Assembly: GCA_963826785.1 (NCBI GenBank)
Contig: CAWGYD010000001.1
Span: forward strand, 608,001 to 672,000
Direction: 5' to 3'
From: an uncultured delta proteobacterium
GTDB taxonomy: Bacteria; Desulfobacterota; Desulfobacteria; Desulfobacterales; Desulfosalsimonadaceae
Length of the DNA: 64,000 nucleotides
In this document: piece after piece, positions 20,232 through 29,878 of the stretch
Layout: each line of letters opens with the position of its first letter
Position numbering within the stretch: position 1 is the stretch's first letter
Translations under genes and position numbers: made by a program
The notes under the pieces: model-generated
The model's database searches: none
What the model was told of the DNA's origin: nothing
What the model saw: only the letters and a program-made list of their open reading frames with translations

Positions 20232-21197
20232 ATGGGAACGGGGGCGGCAGGAAAGAAAATGGGAATCGACCTCAACAGTCGGATATCTGCTCTAAACGAG
20301 CATTTTGCGCCCATTGTCATCCTGAATGCGCCCATGGCCGACCACACCTCGTTTAAGATCGGCGGGCCGGCGGATGCACTGGCTGCCCCCCGGGATACGG
20401 CGGAACTGGAAGACCTGGTGGCATGGTGCCGAAATCAGGACATTCCATTCATGGTGCTGGGCGCCGGAACCAACCTGCTGGTCAGGGATGCCGGCATCCG
20501 CGGGGTGGTGATTTCCCTGAAGCATTTCTGTGAAATTTTACGGCAGCCTTCGGATCCGGGAACCGTACGGGTCCGAACCATGGCCGGGGCCCGGCTGGGT
20601 GCGCTGTGCCGCTACTGTCTGGTTCATGGCCTGGCCGGCATGAATTTCGCCCTGGGGATTCCCGGAACGGTGGGCGGCGCCATCGTGATGAACGCGGGGA
20701 CCGCCCGGGGGGACATCGATTCTGTTTTAGAGGATATGACGGTGTTGTCCCCTGAAGGCCGCCTGGCGCAATTGAAGCGGCCCGATTTTGAATTCGCCTA
20801 CCGCAGACTGCGCGTGTGCCGAAAAGAATTTGAAGACGCGCTGATCATTTCCGGCGGATTTAAGCTGTTTCCCGCCGATCCGGCTGCGCTTCGGATCGAA
20901 GCGAAGCAGAACATGCTGTCGCGGAAAGCCGGCCAACCCTGGCGGCTGGCCAGCGCCGGGTCATTTTTCAAAAATCCGCCGTCCGGGGAACCGGCCGGCC
21001 GGCTGATCGATCTTTGCGGGTTGAAGGGCTTTCGCATCGGGGATGCACAGGTTTCAAAGATACATGCCAATTTCATCGTCAATCGGGGGAGGGCTGCGGC
21101 CTCGGATGTCATCGCCGTTATGGAGGTGGTCCGGAAGACCGTACATGGGCGGTTTAACATTTTACTGGAACCGGAAGTGAAAATTGTTGGGACATAG
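20232..21197 (+). CDS. murB: UDP-N-acetylenolpyruvoylglucosamine reductase
   Basis: IGGPAD, GAGTNLL, GIPGTVGGAIVMNAG, SAGSFFKNP, HANFIVN, LEPEV; start could be the ATG at 20259. Confidence 0.96.
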   Translation: MGTGAAGKKMGIDLNSRISALNEHFAPIVILNAPMADHTSFKIGGPADALAAPRDTAELEDLVAWCRNQDIPFMVLGAGTNLLVRDAGIRGVVISLKHFCEILRQPSDPGTVRVRTMAGARLGALCRYCLVHGLAGMNFALGIPGTVGGAIVMNAGTARGDIDSVLEDMTVLSPEGRLAQLKRPDFEFAYRRLRVCRKEFEDALIISGGFKLFPADPAALRIEAKQNMLSRKAGQPWRLASAGSFFKNPPSGEPAGRLIDLCGLKGFRIGDAQVSKIHANFIVNRGRAAASDVIAVMEVVRKTVHGRFNILLEPEVKIVGT

Positions 21198-22050
21198 AAC
21201 CGTACGCAAAAACAGGTACAGGAAAAAACCGGAAGAGGAGCGGGGGGGCGGGTTTTCCCTCCGGGAGGTGGGACGGATCAGTCTGCGCATGGTCTGCATG
21301 ATCCTGATGTGCATGCTCATGAGCATCACATTTATTTTCGGCCATGACCTGCTCACCCAGTGCGATTACTTCAAAGCGGAGCAGGTTCGGGTCAGGGGTG
21401 CATCGCGGCTGCCCGAAGCGGAGATCCTGAAAACCGCAGAAATCGGGCCCGGCGTCAACATCCTGTCCATCAACCTGTCCACGGCCCGCAAACGGCTGCT
21501 GTCCCATCCGTGGATTGCCCAGGCCGACGTCTACCGGGAACTGCCCAGGTCCATCACCATCGTGATCGAGGAACAGCAGCCCATAGCGGTCCTGGACCTG
21601 GGCAAACCGTTTCTGATCAATCATCGGGGCAATATTTTCAAAGAGGCGGCGCCGTCCGAATCGGGGAATATGCCCGTGATCTGCGGGATCAATTACCCGG
21701 ACTGGAAAACCGATGAGAATAATCAGCCCCGGGTGTTTTCATCGCTGATGGAGGTGCTCTGTTTAGGTCGATCCTCCATCGGGGTGCTTCCGAATGCAAT
21801 GATCAAAAAAATATTGGTGGACCGGGAAATCGGGCTGACGCTGAAGATTGACGGCCCGGTCAAAACCGTCTGCCTGGGATTCGATAAGTATCCGGTAAAA
21901 TACGAGCGCCTGTCGCGAATCCTGGCGTATCAGAATCAGAACGACGCCCTTCCGGCCATCGGGAATCTCGATTTGAGAAATCCGGACCGGGTTGTCGCAA
22001 GACCCGCATCGGAATCGGATCAATCCGGTACCGAGAAAGAGGAGGTTTGA
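21184..22050 (+). CDS. ftsQ: Cell division protein FtsQ/DivIB
   Basis: Basic N-terminus, TM, POTRA (PWIAQADVYRELP), LDLR; directly before ftsA. Confidence 0.9.
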   Translation: MLGHRTVRKNRYRKKPEEERGGGFSLREVGRISLRMVCMILMCMLMSITFIFGHDLLTQCDYFKAEQVRVRGASRLPEAEILKTAEIGPGVNILSINLSTARKRLLSHPWIAQADVYRELPRSITIVIEEQQPIAVLDLGKPFLINHRGNIFKEAAPSESGNMPVICGINYPDWKTDENNQPRVFSSLMEVLCLGRSSIGVLPNAMIKKILVDREIGLTLKIDGPVKTVCLGFDKYPVKYERLSRILAYQNQNDALPAIGNLDLRNPDRVVARPASESDQSGTEKEEV

Positions 22051-22051
22051 T

Positions 22052-23278
22052 GTGAAACATCAGGAAGAACTGATCGTGGGCCTGGATATCGGCACGACGA
22101 AAATCTGCACGGTGGTGGCCGAATTTTCGGATAACAACGTGAATATCGTCGGCATCGGGAGCCATCCCTCAGTCGGACTTCGCAAAGGCGTCGTGGTCAA
22201 CATCGATTCCACGGTCGAATCCATCAAAAAGGCGGTGGAAGAAGCCGAGGTCATGGCCGGCTGTGAAATCTCATCCGTCTATACCGGAATTGCGGGCGGG
22301 CACATCACAGGGTTTAACAGCAACGGCATTATCGCGGTCAAGGGGGAGGAGATCACCCAGGCCGATGTGGACCGGGTGATCGAGGCGGCGCGCGCGGTGG
22401 CCATTCCCATGGACCGGGAAGTCATCCATGTCCTTCCCCAGGAGTTCATCGTGGACGGCGAACCGGGCATCAACAACCCTGTGGGCATGGCCGGCGTCCG
22501 GCTCGAAGCCAAGATTCACATCGTCACCGGTGCGGTGACCTCTGCCCAGAATATTGTCAAATGCTGCAACAAGGCGGGTTTGGACGTGAGCGACATCATC
22601 CTGGAGCCGATCGCCTCCAGTGAAGCCGTGATCACCCCCGAAGAAAAAGAGATCGGATGCGGACTGATCGATATCGGCGGCGGCACCACCGATCTGGCGA
22701 TTTTTTCCGGCAATAACATCAAACACACCTTCGTGCTCTCCATCGGCGGAAACAACATGACCAACGATATTTCCGTTGGCCTGCGGACGCCCATGGCGGA
22801 AGCGGAAAAGATCAAGGTCCAGTACGGGACCTGCCTGGCCGACAAGATCAAGAGCGATGAAACCATCGAAATATCGGATCTGACCGGACGAGGGCCCCGA
22901 AAACTTCCCCGCCAGATCCTGGCCGAAATCCTGGAGCCCCGGGTGGAGGAGATTTTCACCCTGATCAAGCGGGAGATTCACCGGGCCGGCATGAAAGATT
23001 CCATCTCATCAGGGATCATCCTGACCGGCGGGGCCTGCCTGCTGGAGGGGATTTCCGATATCGCCGAATCGGTATTCGAGCTTCCCGTCCGGGTGGGCAC
23101 GCCCCGGGGGATCACCGGACTGGTGGATGTGGTGAACAGCCCCATGTACGCCACCGGAGTGGGGCTGGTGATCTATGGTTCTAAAAACCAGGAAAAGAAG
23201 AAATTCAGGATACGGGATTCCAACATTTTCAATCGCATCATGAAACGCATGAAAACATGGTTCAAGGAAATTATCTGA
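22052..23278 (+). CDS. ftsA: Cell division protein FtsA
   Basis: GLDIGTTK, DIGGGTTD, LTGG, amphipathic KTWFKEII tail; GTG start after GGAGG. Confidence 0.98.
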   Translation: MKHQEELIVGLDIGTTKICTVVAEFSDNNVNIVGIGSHPSVGLRKGVVVNIDSTVESIKKAVEEAEVMAGCEISSVYTGIAGGHITGFNSNGIIAVKGEEITQADVDRVIEAARAVAIPMDREVIHVLPQEFIVDGEPGINNPVGMAGVRLEAKIHIVTGAVTSAQNIVKCCNKAGLDVSDIILEPIASSEAVITPEEKEIGCGLIDIGGGTTDLAIFSGNNIKHTFVLSIGGNNMTNDISVGLRTPMAEAEKIKVQYGTCLADKIKSDETIEISDLTGRGPRKLPRQILAEILEPRVEEIFTLIKREIHRAGMKDSISSGIILTGGACLLEGISDIAESVFELPVRVGTPRGITGLVDVVNSPMYATGVGLVIYGSKNQEKKKFRIRDSNIFNRIMKRMKTWFKEII

Positions 23279-23323
23279 AACTATTCCGGCTGCAACGAAA
23301 ACCAAAAACAGGGAGGTGGTCAC

Positions 23324-24577
23324 ATGAGTTTTTCTTTAGTCGATTCTGAAAATTCCGCAAAAATCAAAGTGATCGGCGTGGGCGGCGGCGGTGGAAACGC
23401 AGTCAACAACATGATCACGGCAAACCTGACGGGGATCAGCTTCATCGTCGCCAACACCGATTCCCAGGCGCTGGCCAATGCCAAGGCCAACACCAAGATC
23501 CAGCTGGGAGAGGTTCTCACCGAAGGGCTCGGCGCCGGGGCAGACCCTTCAGTGGGCCGGGATGCGGCACTCGAATCCGCCGAGGTGATCCGGCAGTCAC
23601 TGGCGGACAGCCACATGGTGTTTATCGCCGCGGGTCTGGGCGGCGGCACCGGCACCGGTGCGGCGCCGGTCATTGCCGAAATCTGCAAGGAGATGGGCGC
23701 CCTGACCGTGGCCGTGGTGACCCGGCCGTTTGCCTTCGAAGGCGGAAAAAGAAGAAAGCAGGCCGAAGACGGCATCGCCAAGCTAAAGGAAGTGGCCGAC
23801 ACGGTCATCACCATTCCCAATGACCGCCTGCGGGCCCTGGCCTCCAAGAAATCAAAGCTCACCGACATGTTCAAGATGGCAGACGATATCCTGCACCAGA
23901 GCGTCAAGGGGATCACCGACCTGATCATGCGGCCCGGGCTGATCAACCTTGATTTCGCGGATGTCAAAGCCACCATGTCCAAGGCTGGAATGGCCATCAT
24001 GGGCATCGGCGTGGCGTCCGGCGAGAACCGGGCCATCGAGGCGGCTGAGCGGGCCATCTCCCATCCGCTTCTGGAAGACAACTCCATTGTGGGCGCCCGG
24101 GGCGTGCTCATGAACATCACCTGTAATTCGGATCTGACCATGGAGGAGACCATAGAGGCCTCCGAGCGGATCTATAATGAAATCGGAAATGAAGATGTGG
24201 AGATCATCTGGGGAACGGCTGTGGATGATTCCCTGGGCGACGAACTGCGGGTGACCGTGATCGCCACCGGCATCGGCGAAACCCGCGGCAGGCTTGGCAA
24301 TTCGGATGTGCGCAGGCTGCATCACCGTCCCCAGCCCCAGCAGCAGGTGCAGCCGCCCGCCGGAAAAGTCCGGGTGGCCACTCCCGAAGACCTGCGCTAT
24401 TTTGAAAATGAACTGGTCCGCCCCGCTTATATCCGCAAACAGGAAGCGGCCAAGGAACATCGCATGGAAGAAGACCGGAAAGTCAAGCATTTCACCGCCA
24501 AGGACAAAGGCCGCACCGGAGAGGATGCCTTTGTGGATTATGATATCCCGACCTTTTTGCGCAGAAAAGCAGACTGA
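23324..24577 (+). CDS. ftsZ: Cell division protein FtsZ
   Basis: GGGGGNAVN, GGGTGTGAAP, INLDFADV, C-terminal DIPTFLRR. Confidence 0.99.
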   Translation: MSFSLVDSENSAKIKVIGVGGGGGNAVNNMITANLTGISFIVANTDSQALANAKANTKIQLGEVLTEGLGAGADPSVGRDAALESAEVIRQSLADSHMVFIAAGLGGGTGTGAAPVIAEICKEMGALTVAVVTRPFAFEGGKRRKQAEDGIAKLKEVADTVITIPNDRLRALASKKSKLTDMFKMADDILHQSVKGITDLIMRPGLINLDFADVKATMSKAGMAIMGIGVASGENRAIEAAERAISHPLLEDNSIVGARGVLMNITCNSDLTMEETIEASERIYNEIGNEDVEIIWGTAVDDSLGDELRVTVIATGIGETRGRLGNSDVRRLHHRPQPQQQVQPPAGKVRVATPEDLRYFENELVRPAYIRKQEAAKEHRMEEDRKVKHFTAKDKGRTGEDAFVDYDIPTFLRRKAD

Positions 24578-24640
24578 TATTCATCACAATGTATCATTAT
24601 TAATGCAGCCCGTTTCACCTCCCTGAACAGCCGGACTTTC

Positions 24641-24681
24641 CGGCGGAAGGAGACGGAATTATCTTCCGCCTCCTTCCGCCG
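24641..24681. other. 18-bp stem-loop downstream of ftsZ
   Basis: cggcggaaggagacggaa / ttccgcctccttccgccg, one mismatch, 5-nt loop, no U tract. Confidence 0.6.
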
Positions 24682-24991
24682 GGCAGGTCCGATTCCCCAT
24701 GGATATCCGCATACAAAGTCCTTGACAAACCAGCCCCAAAATATTAGGTAAACCTTTTCCATTTTCTGCCGAATCCGCGGGCAAATTACCATTCAATGCT
24801 TTTGATATCCCGTAAACGCCCGGGAACGGCAAGAGACAGACGCCATCCAGGTTTCACCTGAGCCTCGCCTGTTTAACCGGGCGATTGCGGGAAAGGGGGT
24901 CCTGCAGATAACGGATATGAACCGATAGTATCACTCAACAGGATGCTTTTCGGTTTTTTTTGGATTTTGTCCCTTTGAAAGGAATTGCAGC

Positions 24992-25624
24992 ATGTCTTCT
25001 AAGAAAGAACTGAGCATCGCGTATATTGTCGGGATCGTGTGCATTATCGTGGGAGCGCTGTCCTACAGCGTGCTCTCGGCCAAACCGCCGGAAGAGCCCC
25101 GCCGGATCATGCTGACGGCCACCGGCGGCAATGTCCTGTTTGACCACCGGAATCACAGCGAGGCCTATGGACTGGAGTGCACCGGCTGCCATCATCCGAT
25201 CCTGGCGGGAGCGGGCGAAACAGAGGCCTGCGGCCAGTGCCACACCAAAGAGAGCGAATATGTGCCGGCGCTGGGCGAAAAGGGAAAGTTCAATCATGAC
25301 GCCCATAGCATGGATTACGGGTTGAGCTGCACCGATTGCCACCACAACTATACGGAAGGCGATCCGGGCGGACCGGAACTGTGCACGGTATGCCACCAGG
25401 CCGGAATGGGGGATGACGTCATTCCGGGCCGGAAAGAGGCCTTTCACCAGCAGTGCATCGGCTGCCACGAAGAGTTGGGTATATCGCCCGGAAAAACGGA
25501 CTGCAATGCTTGTCATGTCCCCCGGAAGCGGACCGATGCATTTCACGACCAGTGCGCGGGATGCCATGAAGAGATGGGTGCCGGGCCGGCCAAGGCGGAT
25601 TGCAAAACCTGTCACGGTTATTAA
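24992..25624 (+). CDS. Membrane-anchored octaheme cytochrome c3-family protein associated with Rnf
   Basis: N-terminal TM; 8 CxxCH (CTGCH, CGQCH, CTDCH, CTVCH, CIGCH, CNACH, CAGCH, CKTCH); c3 FxHxxH and AFH motifs. Confidence 0.92.
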   Translation: MSSKKELSIAYIVGIVCIIVGALSYSVLSAKPPEEPRRIMLTATGGNVLFDHRNHSEAYGLECTGCHHPILAGAGETEACGQCHTKESEYVPALGEKGKFNHDAHSMDYGLSCTDCHHNYTEGDPGGPELCTVCHQAGMGDDVIPGRKEAFHQQCIGCHEELGISPGKTDCNACHVPRKRTDAFHDQCAGCHEEMGAGPAKADCKTCHGY

Positions 25625-25689
25625 TTACTGCCCTTTCGGGGCAGGGCATTTTGCCGTTATTCATTCAAGCGTTTTAAAAAGGTTGATCC

Positions 25690-26979
25690 ATGATTAAGCG
25701 ATCATTTTTCGGATTTATCAAACCGAAGCTCAGGTATGAAACCATCGACGACATCCAGTCGGAACCGGTGGCCGTATCCCCCTCTTCGCGCATCATTTTG
25801 TTTTTCGATGAGAAGCTCGACTCCCAGTCGGGTGCGCTGCTGAAGGTCGGGGACCTGATCAGCCGGGGGCAGAAGCTGAAATTGTCCGCCGGATCCGATC
25901 AATATGCCATCGCCAGCCGGTCGGGACGGATCGTTGCCATCACGCCCATGATCGGGCTGATGGGCAAACCCATGACGTCGGTCGCCATCGACATTGATGA
26001 TGAGGCAAATCAACGCATGGACGAGGGGTTTAAAGAAATCTCGACTGCTCCCACACTGGAGAACGCCCGGGCGTATCTGAGCGGGCTGGCGGGCAAACCG
26101 GATCTGAGCGTTTTTGACGACCCAGAACATCCGGTCAAGTCCATCATCGTCGTGGGTGCGGACAACGATCTGCTGAGCATGACCCAACAGCATTTTGTCA
26201 AATCCGCCGTCGTCTGCATCAAGACCGGTGTGGAGATCCTGCGCAAACTGACCGGTATCCACAATGTGGTCCTGGTGGTGCCCCATCATCTGGCGCAGGT
26301 GGCGGGGTCTGCCGGCACGGTGGTCAAAACAGTGGATTCGGAATACCCTGCGGCCCACCCCCAGTTGATTCTGCGGCACATTCTGGAAGAGACATCCGGC
26401 AGCGGCACGCCGCAAGACGCACCGCAAACGGCGATGTTTACGGCTGAATCGGTCTGCGCCATCGGGGCCGCATTCAACACCGGCCAGTTGTCCTTGGACA
26501 AGCTGGTCACCTATGTTGCCAAAGACGGCGCAAAGCATCTGGTCACCGTGCCCATCGGAACCCCCTTGAAGGATATTCTCAATGCCTTCGGACACCGTCT
26601 GGATGAGGGCGATCGGGTGATTTTCGGCGGCCCCATGACCGGCGTCTCGGTATATTCCGAGGACCATCCGGTGCTGGCCGATACCAACATGATCATGGTC
26701 CAGAAAGAATCCGATATCATAGAGCGCGAAGACATCTATTGCATCAATTGCGGTGAGTGCGTCCGGATATGTCCGGCAAACATCGGCGTCAATCTGCTGA
26801 TCCGGTATCTGGAGGCGGGACTGTATGAAACAGCCGAGGAGCAGGCTGATCTGCATTCCTGCATCGAGTGCGGCCTCTGCAGTTATGTGTGTGAATCCCG
26901 GATCCCGATCTTTCAGCACATCATGCTGGCCAAGCACACGCTGGAGAAAATGAAAGCGGCGGAGGAAAACAATGCCTGA
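25690..26979 (+). CDS. rnfC: RnfC-like subunit (divergent)
   Basis: VKVGD-like LKVGD, PIGTP, GGPMTG, CINCGECVRICP and CIECGLCSYVCE; position before rnfD. Confidence 0.88.
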   Translation: MIKRSFFGFIKPKLRYETIDDIQSEPVAVSPSSRIILFFDEKLDSQSGALLKVGDLISRGQKLKLSAGSDQYAIASRSGRIVAITPMIGLMGKPMTSVAIDIDDEANQRMDEGFKEISTAPTLENARAYLSGLAGKPDLSVFDDPEHPVKSIIVVGADNDLLSMTQQHFVKSAVVCIKTGVEILRKLTGIHNVVLVVPHHLAQVAGSAGTVVKTVDSEYPAAHPQLILRHILEETSGSGTPQDAPQTAMFTAESVCAIGAAFNTGQLSLDKLVTYVAKDGAKHLVTVPIGTPLKDILNAFGHRLDEGDRVIFGGPMTGVSVYSEDHPVLADTNMIMVQKESDIIEREDIYCINCGECVRICPANIGVNLLIRYLEAGLYETAEEQADLHSCIECGLCSYVCESRIPIFQHIMLAKHTLEKMKAAEENNA

Positions 26980-27940
26980 TACTGTCAAACTGACCGTCTC
27001 GTATGCCCCGTTCTGGCACAACGGGAGCAAAATTTCGACCAAAAGCTACAACATTCTGCTTGCCGGCCTGCTTCCTGTGGCTTTCGGGATCTGGCAGTAC
27101 GGTATTGCCGCCCTTGGGGTCGTGACGCTTGCCATCGGTTCGGCTATTTTCTGGGAACTGCTGATGAATTTCATCATGCGCCGTCCGGTTTCCATCGGAG
27201 ACGGGAATGCGGCGGTGATCGGCATGGTTCTGGCCATGCTGATGCCGGCCACCACCCCCTGGTGGATCGTGGTTTTCGGAACACTGGTGGCGGTGGTCAT
27301 CGGAAAGCAGATTTTCGGCGGCATCGGCGGCAATCCGTTTAATCCGACCATCGTTGCCTTTGCCATCCTCATGCTCTCCTGGCCGCTCTATTTTGATTTC
27401 AATGCGGCCCTGGTCAATTATGAATTTTCCTTCAACCCGGTCTACCCGCTGGTGCTGGCCAAGTCCTTCGGTTCCGGGGCGGTGGCTTCCTTTAGCTTGA
27501 AAGACCTGCTGCTGGGCCATCAGGTGGGCGGCATCGGGTCCACCTTCTCCCTGGGCGTGATCGTCGCCGGGATTTACCTGATGCTCAGAGGATTCATCCG
27601 GTGGGAAATTTCGATTTCCTTCCTGATCGGGGTGATGGTGACCGCGTTTTTCTTTAACCGGGCCAACCCGGTTGCCTATGCCAGCCCCGGCTTTCATCTG
27701 CTGACCGGCTACACCCTGGTGGGGGCCTTCTTCCTGGCCACCGAGGATTCATCATCGCCGGTCAACCTGATACCGATGCTGATCTACGGAATGCTGGGCG
27801 GTGTCCTGACGGTCCTCATCCGGAACATCGGCGCCCACACGGAAGGGGTGCTCTACGCCATCCTGGTGATCAATCTGGCCAATCCCCTGATCGACAAAAT
27901 CAGACCCAAAGCAACGGGAAAGGTAATCAGTCATGCGTGA
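26972..27940 (+). CDS. rnfD: RnfD subunit
   Basis: GKQIFGGIGGNPFNP, GAFFLATEDSSSP, EGVLYAILVIN, multiple TMs. Confidence 0.93.
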   Translation: MPDTVKLTVSYAPFWHNGSKISTKSYNILLAGLLPVAFGIWQYGIAALGVVTLAIGSAIFWELLMNFIMRRPVSIGDGNAAVIGMVLAMLMPATTPWWIVVFGTLVAVVIGKQIFGGIGGNPFNPTIVAFAILMLSWPLYFDFNAALVNYEFSFNPVYPLVLAKSFGSGAVASFSLKDLLLGHQVGGIGSTFSLGVIVAGIYLMLRGFIRWEISISFLIGVMVTAFFFNRANPVAYASPGFHLLTGYTLVGAFFLATEDSSSPVNLIPMLIYGMLGGVLTVLIRNIGAHTEGVLYAILVINLANPLIDKIRPKATGKVISHA

Positions 27941-28526
27941 AATGATAAAAATGGTCATCGTCCTGACACTGCTGAGCAGTATTTCCGGCGGTCTGCTGGC
28001 GGCGGTCCGCAGCAGCACCAAAGAGCGGATCGAAGGTCAGGTGCTGGAATTCGTGCAGGGGCCGGCCATCCGGAAAATCATGGAGGGTGCCTCGAATGAT
28101 CCCATCAAAGACCGGTTTACGTTAAAGTCCGGGGATACCGAAAAGAACTTCTTTGTCGGTGTGTTCGACGGCAAGCCCAGCGTGGTGGCTTTTGAAACCT
28201 CTGCCACCGGATTCGGAGGCGAAGTGGGGATCATGGTGGGGGTGGACGTGAAAACGGACAAGATCGTCGGCATCGACGCCACCACCCTCAGTGAAAGCCC
28301 CGGCTACGGCGCCAACCTGGTGACCGACAAGGAATTCAAGAACCAGTTTAAAGGGATGCCGATTGCATCGGCGCCCAAGGTGAAAAAGGACGGCGGCGAT
28401 ATCAACGCCCTGTCCGGCGCCACCATTACCTCCCGGGCAACGGCTGCGGCGGTGACCAAAGCCGGTGAAATCTATCAGCAGTTCAAGCCCGAAATTGAAA
28501 AGCAATTAAATACGTTTTCCGGATAA
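27933..28526 (+). CDS. rnfG: RnfG subunit
   Basis: N-terminal TM, GFGG, ESPGYG, flavinylation motif LSGATITS. Confidence 0.94.
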   Translation: MREMIKMVIVLTLLSSISGGLLAAVRSSTKERIEGQVLEFVQGPAIRKIMEGASNDPIKDRFTLKSGDTEKNFFVGVFDGKPSVVAFETSATGFGGEVGIMVGVDVKTDKIVGIDATTLSESPGYGANLVTDKEFKNQFKGMPIASAPKVKKDGGDINALSGATITSRATAAAVTKAGEIYQQFKPEIEKQLNTFSG

Positions 28527-28540
28527 GGGAGATCAGTCAT

Positions 28541-29155
28541 ATGGCTAAAACAATCACGCAGGAATTTGTAAAGGGCCTTTGGGAAGAGATCCCCCCGTTT
28601 CGACTGGTCCTGGGGCTCTGTCCCACGCTGGCGGTTACCAAAACCGTGGAAAACGGCATCGGGATGGGCGTGGCCACGACATTCGTACTGGTATGTTCCA
28701 ACATCCTGGTGGCCATGCTGCGCAATGTCATACCCGCCAAGATCCGGATCGCCTGTTTCATTATCATCATCGCCACCTTCGTGACGGTGGTCGAACTGGT
28801 CATGCAGGCATTTGCCTATCCCCTGTATCTCAAGCTGGGCATCTTCATCCCCCTGATCGTGGTCAACTGTATCGTGCTGGGGCGTGCCGAAGCCTTCGCC
28901 TTTAAAAACAAGATCATGCCGTCCATCGCCGATGGTTTGGGAATCGGCCTGGGATTTACGCTGTCGCTGGCCACCCTCGGGTCGGTTCGGGAATTGTTCG
29001 GCTACGGGACCCTGACGTTCTGGGAAAAACCGGCTTTTAACCTGGCCCATATCATCCCGTCCTTTCAGCCGTTTTCTTTCATGGTGGAAGCGCCGGGGGC
29101 GTTTGTCTGCCTGGGGCTGCTTCTGTGCTTCATGAACATGGCCGGCAAAAAGTAA
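28541..29155 (+). CDS. rnfE: RnfE subunit
   Basis: LGLCPTLAVT, FIPLIVVNCIVLGRAEAFA, RELFG, PGAF. Confidence 0.97.
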   Translation: MAKTITQEFVKGLWEEIPPFRLVLGLCPTLAVTKTVENGIGMGVATTFVLVCSNILVAMLRNVIPAKIRIACFIIIIATFVTVVELVMQAFAYPLYLKLGIFIPLIVVNCIVLGRAEAFAFKNKIMPSIADGLGIGLGFTLSLATLGSVRELFGYGTLTFWEKPAFNLAHIIPSFQPFSFMVEAPGAFVCLGLLLCFMNMAGKK

Positions 29156-29201
29156 ACCGGAATTTTTTTCATCGAAAAACGATGAAACACGAGGAGAGGT
29201 T

Positions 29202-29777
29202 ATGAGCGATCTGTTCGTACTGGTTATCAGTTGCATCTTCATCAATAATATCCTGCTGGCCCAGTATCTGGGCAACTGCCCGTTTCTCGGCACATCCAAG
29301 AAAATGGAGACCGCGGTGGGCATGGCCATGGCCGTGGTTTTCGTTCTGGTTCTGGCCGGCGTGATCACCTGGATCGTCAACATTTATTTTCTCAAAAGGC
29401 TGGGGATCGAATTTCTCCAGACCATCTCCTTTATCCTGGTGATCGCATCCCTGGTCCAGTTCGTGGAGATGTTTCTGAAAAAAAGCATCCCCGCGCTGTA
29501 TGCGGGACTGGGCATTTTTCTGCCCCTGATCACCACCAACTGCGCGGTCATGGGCGTCTGTCTGATCAACATCAAGGAAGGATACACCTTTACCCAGGCC
29601 CTGATTGCCTCGTTTGCCTACGCCGTGGGTTTCGGTTTCGCCCTGATCCTGTTCACCGGGATCCGGGAGCGGATCATCCTGGCCCGGGTGCCCAAGCCGC
29701 TGCAGGACACGTCCATCGGACTGGTGACCGCCGGCCTGATTTCACTGGCGTTTTTCGCCTTTCAGGGAATGGTCTGA
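29202..29777 (+). CDS. rnfA: RnfA subunit
   Basis: LGNCPFLG, IASLVQFVEM, FLPLITTNCAVMG. Confidence 0.97.
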   Translation: MSDLFVLVISCIFINNILLAQYLGNCPFLGTSKKMETAVGMAMAVVFVLVLAGVITWIVNIYFLKRLGIEFLQTISFILVIASLVQFVEMFLKKSIPALYAGLGIFLPLITTNCAVMGVCLINIKEGYTFTQALIASFAYAVGFGFALILFTGIRERIILARVPKPLQDTSIGLVTAGLISLAFFAFQGMV

Positions 29778-29878
29778 TCCGGGAAATCTTTGCCTTTTAT
29801 CTCTTGAATTTCCAGGGACAGCCACTATTTTCTGAGGAAATCTTCGGTTTAAAAACACATTAACGTAAAGAGGATATT

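Noticed and set aside
21184..21197. No ddl between murB and ftsQ
   Set aside because: dcw clusters without ddl are common; the gene is probably elsewhere
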